From a virus, in IMG/VR virus record IMGVR_UViG_3300029305_002985, positions 68,092 through 132,091 of that record: a stretch of DNA of 64,000 bases, one strand, 5' to 3'. A program made the position numbers and the translations under genes. The notes under the pieces are model-generated. The model was not told the origin of the DNA. It did not search any database and worked only from the letters and a program-made list of their open reading frames with translations. This document shows positions 52,282-63,410 of this stretch, piece by piece (positions within the stretch are counted from its first letter, which is position 1; each line of letters starts with the position of its first letter).

Positions 52282-55046
52282 TGAGCACTACTAATGAAAA
52301 ATTAATCAATCTTGGTCTTTTATCTCATTATGATGAAAAGATTAAAGATTATATTGATACTGCTGATAATGCAGTAAAAGAAGAAATTGAAAATATTGAG
52401 CTTAAAGTATTTACGCCTAGCGTTGCGGCAAACGGTGATCTTTCCTGGAGCTTAGGTTCTGTTGTTGATGGAACTACCCCTGCGACTTAGAATATTAAGG
52501 GTCCTCAAGGCGATGACGGCACAAATGCTACTATTACTGGTGCAACTGCCACGGTAGATGCAAATGTTGGTACACCTAATGTTACAGTTACTCTTGGCGG
52601 AACCGAGTCTGCTCGCACTTTTAATTTTGCTTTTAAAAATTTAAAAGGTGCGCCAGGCGGGGATGGTAATGATGGTGAAGACGGAGCAGATGGCCGTGGC
52701 ATCCAATCAATCGCTAAAACTCAAACAGTTGGCTTGGTTGATACTTATACTATTACTTATACGGATAATACAACTTCTACATTTACAGTGACAAATGGTG
52801 AGGATGGGAAAGATGCAGACGGAGGTACTGGCGCTACTTATGACCTTATCCTTGGCACAGAAGGTAACGAAGCAGGTAAGCTTATTCTTGTTGGTAGTGA
52901 CGGCAGTAGAGATATTGTTGAATTACCTGGTGATATTTCACAAGGAGAAGCTGAAGGCACATTAACTTCTGGTGTAAATACACAAGCCATCTCCCAAGGT
53001 TCTACCGCTATGGGCGTTGATGTAACTGCAGGCTCTAAAGCATTCTATATTGAGGCTATTGAGCATAATGCGGAAACTAAAACTGGTAAGATTTATCTAA
53101 AGACCACTAATGTTTTAGCGCCAGCGTTAGAGTCAGAGTATATTGCCGGAGCGCACGCTACTTCTGGAGACGGATTTTATCTTAGAGATCTTGAAGTTAA
53201 TATACCATATACATATGTTTCTAACAGTTATGGTTCGGGCATTTTGTTATATGATGGCACATCAATTACTACAACTCCGCAAGTAGATGAATGGTGGTTA
53301 GAGACGGCAGAAAATGTTTATTGGGTTTTTGATACAGTTTAGCTATATAAAAAAGCTATTCTTGGAACAGGTACTACATATGCAAATTTTGCTGATACAG
53401 AAGGATATGCTGAAGACGATGAGTTTTCTATTATTCGTTCTACGATAGTTCCTAATGCAAATGGCACAGAACATGTTGCTCACTATGGTTTTGCAGGTAC
53501 TATTACTGCTGTTGAGGGTAATGTAATTAGTTATTCTTGCACTGTAAAAGGCGGTAATAATCGTTCTAAAACTTTTAATACTGCTGATTTCTGGGCAACT
53601 TGTCCTACAGGAACGAACCGCGCCGTTTGGGCAGATTGTATTTTTTGGGTGCCAAAGAAGCCAAAAGTAGGTTTTACCATTGCTAAATCCGCTTGGGCTA
53701 TTGTTGATGGCCCAATAGATCTCGTAGTAAGTGGCAATGTAATAACTAATAATAGTGAAATTAATATTTGGGAAATTTATGACTTAGAAACAGATAATTC
53801 GGTGGTTCTTTTAGATCCATATATGCTTTTTTCATTAAATGAGTTAGATATATCTAAAGTATATGGCATTCGCACTGATGCCGGCAACTCTAATGGCTCA
53901 TTGAAATATCAAACAACAGAATTGTTCCAAGGCACAAATGTCTTTGGTGACACTAACTATGGTTCAGCGGGGTCTGCTTTCTTAGCAGGTGGAGGAAATG
54001 CTGCAGGTGGTGACGGCGCTACTTTATTTGGTACTCGTAACCGTGGTGTTTATGGAAATATTATTTCAGGTGGCGATAACTTTTCTAATGGTTTACACTC
54101 TATAATTTTAGGTCGTTTCTGTTCTAATTTGGGTAGTTATAATGTTATCACTAACTTAAATAATGATATTAAATTTAGCTCCATTGATGATAAAGCTAAT
54201 TTCCTTGCTGGACAGGACAATATTATTAGCGGCGGCAGCGCTTCCTTTGGTGGCGGCAAAGCTAATAAAATTCAAGGTAATTAGAATATATTTGGCGGCT
54301 GGAAAAATGTTTTTACCGGTAATTATAATATTGCAAGTGGTGCCCAAAATAAGTTATATGGAACTAGCAGCGCTATTTTTGGTGAGTTTAATAATATTGG
54401 TTATCAAGATAATGGCAATCTTGGTACAGCATTTACTGCAGTTCTCCTTAGTGGCACTTGGTTAAAGGCAGGAGCTAATTATCAAACCGTTTTAGGCAAA
54501 TATAATGCAGCTACAACAAGCCCCTTTGTTATTGGATGGGGTTCTGGTGATGCAGCTGCGTAGCGCGCTAATATTTTTGAAGTTACAACAAATGGTCGCA
54601 TTATTACTTCTGCTGCTTCTGCTACTTATATTGCAGGTAAGAATAATACTATTACAGCTGGTGGAAATATAGGCATTTTTGGACACGACAATAAAGTTAA
54701 TGCCTCTAATAAAACAATGATTATTGGTAGTAACAATACTGTTAATCAAGGACATGAATACACATTAGTATCTGGCCGATATTTAACCACCACAAAAGGC
54801 TATCAAACAGTATTAGGTATTTCCAATGATGCCACCGCAACTGATGATGATGTTGTTGTGGTAGGAGGCGGTAATTTTGAAGCACCAGGTAGTGCGAATA
54901 GAAAAGAAAGAAATATCTTTACTATTCCTAGAACAAGTGTTCAAGCTACAAATAGTGACGGAAAATGGTATTCTAAGCCCTCTAAATCTTCTGATGCAAT
55001 TACCTATGGTTATTTACAAGAGGCCTTATTGAACGGAGCGTGGTAA
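52281..55046 (+). CDS. collagen-like-repeat tail fibre, about 921 aa
   Basis: G-X-Y tracts [17 protein letters not shown]...[19 protein letters not shown] near the N-terminus. C-terminal NxIxG repeats paralogous to those at 50121-52004. Fragments 52734-, 53649- and 54717-55046 are in frame 0. Confidence 0.55.
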
Positions 55047-55047
55047 T

Positions 55048-57369
55048 ATGGGAACATATTTTACTAATGAAACACTAGACGCACTTTGGGTGCGTCTAGT
55101 GAATGCAACAGAAAAATTGATAAGCTCTACCCCCTCCACAAATAAGGTTATTTTAGAAGAAACAAATATGGAGCCCTTATATATTGATGAGTGGGGAACT
55201 GCTTATAATTATTACTCTCCAGATGCAGATATTTTTGATTAGAATTTAGTTATTCTTCTTAATGGGGCGCAATATAATGTATATCTTCCTTCTGAAGATT
55301 TTATACCAGGTTCTTCAATGAATATTGTTAGTAATCTATATTACGGTGAACTTAATGCAGCAGGACATTATTTATATGTTGAAGATTATGCTACCACTGT
55401 TGAAATCTATGTGGAGGCTAGTAACGATATCCCTTCTTTAAGCAATACGGGTATTAAAGGTATTCACGATGCTCTTCTTTCTCACTATAATCTTTCTCAC
55501 GAAAATACTCCCACCACACCTGGTGATTATATGAAAGGAATAGCAGTCGCGGCGAGATATAAAAAATATGGAACAGAAGAGCCCGATATGTTATGGAGCC
55601 TTGAACAAATTGTAGAAGAGCTTGAAGGAACTAGTTCTGAGTTACCAATATTTACTTTAGATGAAACATTGTCTTTAACTGCTTCAGAAGGGTTTGTTTA
55701 TTATGGTGATCTTTATTTAACTTTATATAAGGATGGGGAATATTTTGGTAGTATTTTTGGTGCAGACGGCACTGTTCCTTTTGATTTTTTAAATACTGGC
55801 TCTTGGGTTGATTAGCCACCGCCTACTTTTTCGACCGGTACTTATTATGCCACAATAGGCTGGTATAGCGATGAAGGTTATACTCAATATAATAGTGCTA
55901 AATCAAACGAAATTTATATTGCTGATGTTCCGACAAGATATAGAGTTGTTTTAAATACTAATGGTGATTATTCTTTAACTCCTTCTACTGGCGATGCTAC
56001 TTTGGTTTTGTATGATATTACAACACAAGAATCTCAAACTATAATATCTGCAGGCCCAGTTGGAAGTGGAAATTTGTCTGAATATATGATAACAGGACAT
56101 CAATATTATGTTGAAGTTAATTCGATATCGGCAGATCCTGATTATGGGACTTATAGAAGTGAAACCATTACGTATTCAGGGCCAGCTATCACTGTTACTT
56201 TATCGCAAGATGGTATCGCTTCAAGCAATATAACTACAGATCCAGACTGGTATCTATACAATGCAGAGACAGATGAATTGATTCATACTGTAAATGCTTC
56301 ACTCTCTCCAGTGGATTTTTCTTCTCATATGACTCCTGGCAATCAATATTATGTAATAGTACAGGATATTCAAAGTAATACAATTACTTATTCAGGAAAT
56401 GGTGGGGAAGAACCAGAACTGGCGGTTTCAGTCACATTAAATAGCTCAGGTATTGCTACTGTAATTTACACTGGCTTTACTCCTGCGTCTGCCAATGATG
56501 TTTATTGGACATTATATAATGAGGCAGGAGAGTATTTAGTATATGATTCGACGTATGATGATTCTATATATACTCATGATTTCTCTTCTTATATGACAAA
56601 CGGTGCTTTATATAAAGTAGGGGTTTCTGCCTATACTCAAAGTATTGATAGTACCATAGATGGCTCAAGCGATTATGTGGAATATCTTAGTAGCGACGTC
56701 TTCGATGCTTGGATTTCCGCCACTCTATCTAAAACATAGCTAAGCGATGATATTAGATTTAATGTAAATTATAGTTATTCTTCATCTGATTTATATATAG
56801 AAGGTGCACTTGTCACACTATTTAATGATACTCTTAGCGAAACAGTTGTCTCTGATTGGCGCGCGCCAACAAATGGTAACACTCCAGATATCGCTTCTTT
56901 TGCTTTCTTAGCTACAGATTTACATACTGATTATGCTTATGATAATCATTATATATTAACTGTTACTACATATGAAAATATACCCGCTGATGTTATTTGG
57001 AATACTACTTCAATTGAGTTTACTTGGCCTTTTGGGCAGGGCGGAGGAGGATCTACTACGCCAAGTTATTCCGGTAATCCTGATGCCTCAATGACAACAG
57101 ATGGTTATATCTATGTTTCAAACTATTCAACAGAAGAATATAATGGATCGGACGCAATAGTTTATGCCTCCTGGAGTGATGTTGATGGAGGCTCTCAAAC
57201 TGAAACTGAATTGGGAAGTCTTTCTTATGGATACGTAATGTTATCTGATGGAGTATATTTTGAAGGGGAACCTTATATGAGTGAAGTCTCCTATTCTATT
57301 GTGATTAGAGATCCAAATGATGAAACCAATAGTACAGCGGAAGTAAGAGTTACAAAACCTCTTGATTAA
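55048..57369 (+). CDS. tail-associated protein with three tandem repeats of about 80 aa, about 773 aa
   Basis: Repeats LYDITTQESQTIISAGPVGSGNLSEYMITGHQYYVEVNSI / WYLYNAETDELIHTVNASLSPVDFSSHMTPGNQYYVIVQDI / YWTLYNEAGEYLVYDSTYDDSIYTHDFSSYMTNGALYKVGVSA. Fragments 55048-, 55318-, 56002- and 57091- are in frame 1. Confidence 0.5.
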
Positions 57370-57372
57370 TAA

Positions 57373-57402
57373 AAAGGCGGCAAACAATTGCCGCCTTTCT
57401 TC
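57373..57402 (+). terminator. rho-independent terminator
   Basis: aggcggcaa-acaa-ttgccgcct followed by ttcttcc. Confidence 0.6.
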
Positions 57403-57493
57403 CATAAGGACAACTTTATATAATCCTCTTAATCTAATTTTTATATTATAATGTGAAACGATAATAACCTTTAGAAAGGAGGAGTAAATCTAA

Positions 57494-58017
57494 TGACATC
57501 ACTTTTAACAACATATACTATTACAACTGTTGTATTAGTTTTATGTGTATGCATTCCTATGATTATTAAGGGAGTGACATGGATTGTTAATCTTATTAAG
57601 AAACATAAATCCAATTAGCAAGAAGCTTTTGAAGCAGGTTATGAAGCCGCAGAAGAAGATGAAGCAATAGAAGAACGCTTTTGTGAAGGCGAAGAGTTTA
57701 TGCAAAAACTTGAAAAGCGTGAAACGGATTTGGAATAGATTATGAAAGATTAGCAAGAATAGATTGGGCTTTTGCGCCAAGAGATTAAGAATTTGTCTGA
57801 GTCTGACAATTTAAATATTAAACACGATATAAAGAAAGCTTGGGTTAGAGTGGTTTAGCTCGGCCATTCTATTGACTACCAAGATTTAGAAGTGTTAAAT
57901 GCACGCTTTGCTATCTATGCTGCACGAGGCGGCAATAGTTGGGCAAAAACAATGATGGAAGAAATCAACAAAAGGGCTACAATTACTAGCCCATATAATC
58001 AAGAGCAGGATAAATAA
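57494..58017 (+). CDS. membrane-anchored coiled-coil protein, about 174 aa
   Basis: N-terminal TM segment TTVVLVLCVCIPMIIKGVTWIVNLI followed by an acidic, coiled-coil-like region. Sense TAGs present. Confidence 0.45.
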
Positions 58018-58059
58018 TTCCTGCTCTTATTTTAAATTTGAGATAAAAGGAGTGAAATT

Positions 58060-58776
58060 ATGGGAAATTATAATATACTTACAATCGCTAGAATAGCGGG
58101 AGGTCAATATATCGAATTATTTAACAAAGACGGCGTGGAAATTGGTGACCGTGTGAATAAAGATAGATAGATAAAAATATATGACCCTCAATCTTTACAT
58201 AAATTTACTGCAAAATGGTATTCCTTATCATTAAGTTCAGCTCCATTAAAAGATGAAAAAACACTAAGCTATATTTTAGATCTAGGCGGACATACTGTAT
58301 TAGAGGGAGAAGGAAAATATTTACCTTTACTTTATAATCCAGAAGTAACTGATTTAAAATGGAATTATGTAGATACTGTTACCGCAACTTTGGGTGGGCA
58401 ATACCCTATTGTTACAAGAAATGGCGTATAGAAGTATAGAACTTTTACTTTAGGTGGAATGATTTCTTAGGATTTAGATATGCCTTTTGAAATGTTTGAT
58501 GGATATCAATTTTTAAGCGAGTCTGAATTAGCCGAAATTAAGGCAGCAGGGGGTACTGATCTTTTTATAGATCAAGTATTTAAAAATAGAGTAACTGAAT
58601 GGCTTCAAAACGGTTAGCCTAAAATTTTTATTTCAGAGCAAGAAGGCGCAATGAAAGTGGCATTATCAAACTTCTCTTGGACAGGAAATAAAACTTTAGG
58701 CAGATATAATTACACATTTTCTTGCACTGCAACCGAGGTTGAGGCATTGCCGCCATATGAGGAGATTACGCCATGA
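58060..58776 (+). CDS. distal-tail-protein (Dit)-like structural protein, about 238 aa
   Basis: RBS AAAAGGAG. Frame 1 runs to TGA 58774-58776. The call rests on size and on its position immediately upstream of a Tal-like gene. Confidence 0.35.
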
Positions 58777-61163
58777 GCTTACAAGATCTATATAATTATC
58801 CTATTCGAGAGCATTATGTAAAACTTAATGTTCTCGATAAAGAAGGATATATGTTAGGCGAAATTACTGGCCGCGCAACAAGTGGAAGCATTAATGTAAA
58901 TGGAGATTCTTCAGTTAGACGAACAGGAAGTTTATCATTAGTAGCAGACAAATAGATTTCTAATATTACGGCTATTGACAATCTTATTTCTATTGAAAAA
59001 CAGGTTGCTGTTAGCATTGGTTTAAAAAATTTTACAAATGAGTCAATAACCTCACCACTTATTATGACGGATATTAATTTTATTATATCTCGCAGACGAG
59101 GAGAGGGTAGAGCTCAAAACTCTTCTAAGTTTGGAGCCAATATTAATAATGATGGTGAAGGCAATATTGAGCAAGATATTTGGCATATGTCTGGAACTGA
59201 TACCGTAGACATTTTTATATAGACTAATAACAAGATAAAAATTTCAGATATTCAATGTATTTCGTAGGGCAATAATATTGATTTATCGGATAAAGTAGAT
59301 ACAACCATTAGTCCTCTTATTGGATAGGGTAATATAGTGGGTTCTTTTGCGGTTGAGGCAGAAAATATTCAACAATGCGAAAAACGATCTTCAACAGAGT
59401 TTGTAATTACTCCAGAAGATGGGAAAATAGGAACTCAAAGTTTATATCGAATTCCAAATGCATCTACTAAATTTATATTAAAAGCAAAGATTTATATTAA
59501 TCAAGAAGATTTGCCAATAACTAGAGCAGAAGAAATTGTTTGGTTCAAACAAGGTTAGTTTGTTATCAGCGGAGCTTCTGTTGCTCATAATACAAATGGT
59601 ATTAATATTTCTGTAAACCTTAAAGATAAAATGGCATTATTAAATGGAGATTGCGGTGGCACTTTTTCTATTGGTTTAGTTCATTCTCCAATTTATGAAG
59701 AAGCAGAAGACGGATCCATTGCTAAAAGTTATCCTTTAATTTCAGAATTAATTCGCACTGTTGTAAAAGAATATGGTGGCATTCCGGCAAGTAAAATTAT
59801 TATACGAGATATTCCTAATCAAATAGATAATATGGTTCATTGGAGCGGCAGTTATCCTATTTATGGCGAAGAACGAGGAGAGTCTTTAAAAACGCTGCTA
59901 CTTACATCAGCAATCCCTCCAACACAAGGCTATGATACCTTTACATATGGAGACTCTATTGGATATCAATATACTGATTTTACTTATCCTACTGAATCTG
60001 AGCTATCTTCTAATGCAGGTGAAACCGTAGTATCGGTTTTAGATAAAATTAAAAGTATGCTAGGTAATTACGAATATTTCTTTGATCTTAATGGTAATTT
60101 TGTATTTTAGCAAATAGAAAATTATATCAATGCAGGCTCAGCAGAGGACACTATTCCAAACGCCATCGCTAATAATGGAAGTATTGATTATTTAGCAACC
60201 TATCCAGAAATAAATAGTATTTATGATTTTGGTGATAATGAGTTAACAACTGTATTTAATAATAATCCTAAATATGAAAGTATTAAAAATGATATTTGCG
60301 TTTGGGGAATGAAAGGTAGTAATAAACAAGCAATACAATATCATCTTGTTATTGATGATATTCCCACTTTTACATCGGTCACTAAAAATGATGTGGCTTT
60401 TTATCAAGATCCATATGATGCAACGGTTTGGCGAGTAAGAAAAGGCAATCCTAAGGCTACTGATACACTTGGTCAGCTACCAATAAATGATTATCGTACT
60501 TATATGTATTATAATTATTTGCAAGAAGGAGAAAAGTCTCTATATGCTATTTATGGTAAAGAGCTTGAAGAAAATTGGCCTAGAATCTATGATTTACGAG
60601 AAGGTCAATTTAAAATTGAAAGCTATCAAGATAGTAAAATCTTTTTGAATAATATGCCTTATTTCTTTGAAATTATTGACCCAAAAGTAGATGGAGAAGT
60701 AAGTGTTTTAGAAGGTATTAAAGTATCCAATATCGGCCGCAGATAGAAAGTCATTAATGATGATAAAGTTAATATCTTGTTAACCCCCATGCCACCCAAT
60801 TGGCTATATATTCCTGCTGGTCAAAGCTCTACTGCTGCAGAAAGAGCAAAAGCAATTAGAGAAGGTAAAAATTTTATTTAGGTGCCAACTCAACTAGCCC
60901 AGCATATTACGTTAGGGGCGGCAACAAACTCTGCCTATGATACTATCCGTGCAATGTTGCATGAGACAATAAGTTATAACGAAAGTGTTAGCATTACAAC
61001 TGTGCCGATTTATCATTTAGAGCCTAATAAGATGGTGCAAGCCAAGGATCCTGATATTCATATTGAGGATAGAACCAATTATTTAATTAAAAGTTTTAAT
61101 ATTCCTCTTGACTCTAAAGGGACTATGACATTACAGTGTACAAAGGCTGTTTCAAGAATATAA
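58773..61163 (+). CDS. Tal / baseplate-hub-like minor structural protein, about 796 aa
   Basis: N-terminus MSLQDLYNYPIREHYVKLNVLDKEGYMLGEITGRATSGSINVNGDSSVRRTGSLSL resembles Sipho_tail / prophage-tail N-terminal domains. Fragments 58773-, 59337-, 59631-, 60309- and 60882-61163 are in frame 0. Confidence 0.5.
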
Positions 61164-61165
61164 TA

Positions 61166-61200
61166 AAAAGACCGCGGCGTCCGCGGTCTTTTCTTTTTTA
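61166..61200 (+). terminator. strong rho-independent terminator
   Basis: aagaccgcgg-cgtc-cgcggtctt followed by ttcttttttat. Confidence 0.7.
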
Positions 61201-61257
61201 TTACACCTGAATTAACTAAAATAAGCAAATTTTCCTTCAAAATACCATTTTCGATTT

Positions 61258-61284
61258 CCTCATCATCTTGATGAGGATTTTTTA
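61258..61284 (+). terminator. second terminator hairpin
   Basis: cctcatca-tct-tgatgagg followed by attttttag. Confidence 0.5.
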
Positions 61285-61400
61285 GTTCTCCTGCTAAATT
61301 TACAAACTTTAATAAAAGTTAGGTAAATTTTAATTAAAGTTATTTATTTAATTTTCATATAATATTGCCAAAGTAAAAATCCAAAAGAAAAGGAGATATT

Positions 61401-61865
61401 ATGATGTATAACAACTTCCCCCAGACGCCTCCGTATTATTATGGATACGGATATCAACAATATGCGCGCCCAATAACTACTTAGGAAAATGCGGCAGGGT
61501 CTACCCCAACGCAGCCTCAGACTCCAATTTATGCGCCTCAACCTGGACCCGCGCAAAACTTTATTAAAGGTCGTCCAGTGGTTTCAATCGACGAAGCTCG
61601 CGCAAGTCAGATTGATTTAGATGGTTCGCTTTATGTATTCCCCGACCTTGGCAATAAGAGAATTTACACAAAGCAAATTAATCTTGATGGCACTGCCGCT
61701 TTTAATGTATTCACTCTTGAAAAAGAAGCGGAAACCTAGCCTGAACAACCTAAGGTAGACTATGTCACTAAAGACGAGTTAGCAATAATTTTAGACTAGT
61801 TTAAACAGTCTTTAGCGGCTCCAAAAGCAACTCCAAGCAAGTCATCCGCGCCAATTAATTTTTAA
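61401..61865 (+). CDS. hypothetical Tyr/Gln/Pro-rich protein, about 154 aa
   Basis: MMYNNFPQTPPYYYGYGYQQYARP.... Three sense TAGs. RBS AAAAGGAG. Confidence 0.45.
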
Positions 61866-61881
61866 GTAAAGGAGATTAACT

Positions 61882-62130
61882 ATGCCTTATAATGTAAATC
61901 CAATGGAATTAATTATGCAAATTAAGCAAGGCAAAAACCCTCAAGAATTAATGCTTGGCATTCTTGAGACTGGCGCCTCGCAAAACCCTATTTATGCTAA
62001 TCTCTTGCAGCTCGCGAAAGACGGCCGCACCGCCGATATCGAAGCCTTTGCGCGCAATGTAGCAAAAGAAAAGGGCATTGATTTTGATAAAGAATTTAGT
62101 AGGTTCAAAAAGCAGTATTTTGGCCTCTAA
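61882..62130 (+). CDS. hypothetical protein, 82 aa
   Basis: TAG-free. RBS TAAAGGAG. Confidence 0.5.
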   Translation: MPYNVNPMELIMQIKQGKNPQELMLGILETGASQNPIYANLLQLAKDGRTADIEAFARNVAKEKGIDFDKEFSRFKKQYFGL

Positions 62131-62162
62131 TTCTAAATAAATTATAAAGGAGGACATATAAT

Positions 62163-62960
62163 ATGTTCAGTACTTCTAATGGATATTCTTTATCCGACAT
62201 CGCTGCTGTAACTGGCAGCAACAACCGTAATGGCGGCTTCGGCGACGGCGATTACTGGTGGATCATTCTTCTTTTCCTCTTTGCTGGCAACGGCAACTGG
62301 GGATGGGGCGGCAATGGCGGCGGCCAAGGTGGCTCCACAGTCCGCGAAGAAATCTCTTATGGCTTTGATATGAATGGTATCGAAAACGGTATCCGCGGTA
62401 TTCAGCAAGGCCTCTGCGATGGCTTCTACGCAGCTAACACTGGTATGCTTAACGGCTTCTCTGGTGTTCAATCTACTTTATGTCAAGGATTCGCAGGCGT
62501 CAACGCTGCCATTACTGCTGACACTGTTGCTACAACTGGCGGTATCCATGACTTAAGCACACAGCTCGCTCAGTGCTGCTGCGATAATAAGTATGCTTTG
62601 GCTACTGGTTTCGCAGACATTAACTACAATCTTGCAACACAGAGCTGCGCAACTCAACGCGCTGTTGCTGACGCTTCTCGCGATATTATCGCTAGCAACG
62701 AAGCGGGTGTTCGCTCTATCCTTGACTTCTTAACTCAAGACAAGATTGCTACTCTTACTGCAGAGAATCAATCTCTCAAGTTCGCTGCTTCTCAGGCTAG
62801 CCAAAATGCTTTCATTACTGCTAACCAAGACGCGCAAACTGCTGAGTTAATTCGTCGTCTCAGCACGCCATGCCCAGTTCCTGCGTATGTTGTGCCCAAC
62901 CCTAACTGCTGCTACGGTGTGACTTACACTCCTGGCTGCGGCACTTCTTGCAGCTTCTAA
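62163..62960 (+). CDS. Gly/Trp-rich N-terminus, internally repeated, Cys-rich C-terminus protein, 265 aa
   Basis: DYWWIILLFLFAGNGNWGWGGNGGGQGG. Repeats NGIRGIQQGLCDGF / NGFSGVQSTLCQGF. C-terminus PNPNCCYGVTYTPGCGTSCSF. TAG-free. RBS AAAGGAGG. Confidence 0.5.
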   Translation: MFSTSNGYSLSDIAAVTGSNNRNGGFGDGDYWWIILLFLFAGNGNWGWGGNGGGQGGSTVREEISYGFDMNGIENGIRGIQQGLCDGFYAANTGMLNGFSGVQSTLCQGFAGVNAAITADTVATTGGIHDLSTQLAQCCCDNKYALATGFADINYNLATQSCATQRAVADASRDIIASNEAGVRSILDFLTQDKIATLTAENQSLKFAASQASQNAFITANQDAQTAELIRRLSTPCPVPAYVVPNPNCCYGVTYTPGCGTSCSF

Positions 62961-62988
62961 TTAACGAAGAATGGAGGCTTGAAAAAGA

Positions 62989-63408
62989 ATGGAATTAATT
63001 GCTAATGCAGTTCAGACAGTGGCGGCAACCGCCAATGTGCAATTTACTGACGAAGTAGTTAGTGGTTGCAATTCGATTCTCCATAGAGCCGGAAGTGGTC
63101 TTGTGACCTTGCGCGGTATTACTAACTAGTGCCGCGCAAGATTTAAGGCTTTCTTTAGCGGCAACATTGCAATTCCTGAGGGCGGCACAGTAGAGCCTAT
63201 CTCTTTAGCTATTGCTCTTAATGGAGAAGCTATCGCATCAACAACAATGATTCAGACTCCGGCCGCAGTTGGCGAATTTGCTAATGTGGCAAGCGCCGTA
63301 TATATCGACGTTCCCGCCGGATGCTGCATCACCGTAAGCGTGCGCAACACCAGTCCCGATGATATTGATGTGCAAAACGCAAACTTAATTATTGAAAGGG
63401 TGGCGTAA
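62989..63408 (+). CDS. hypothetical protein, about 139 aa, one sense TAG at 63124
   Basis: Frame 1 from ATG 62989 to TAA 63406-63408. Confidence 0.45.
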
Positions 63409-63410
63409 TT

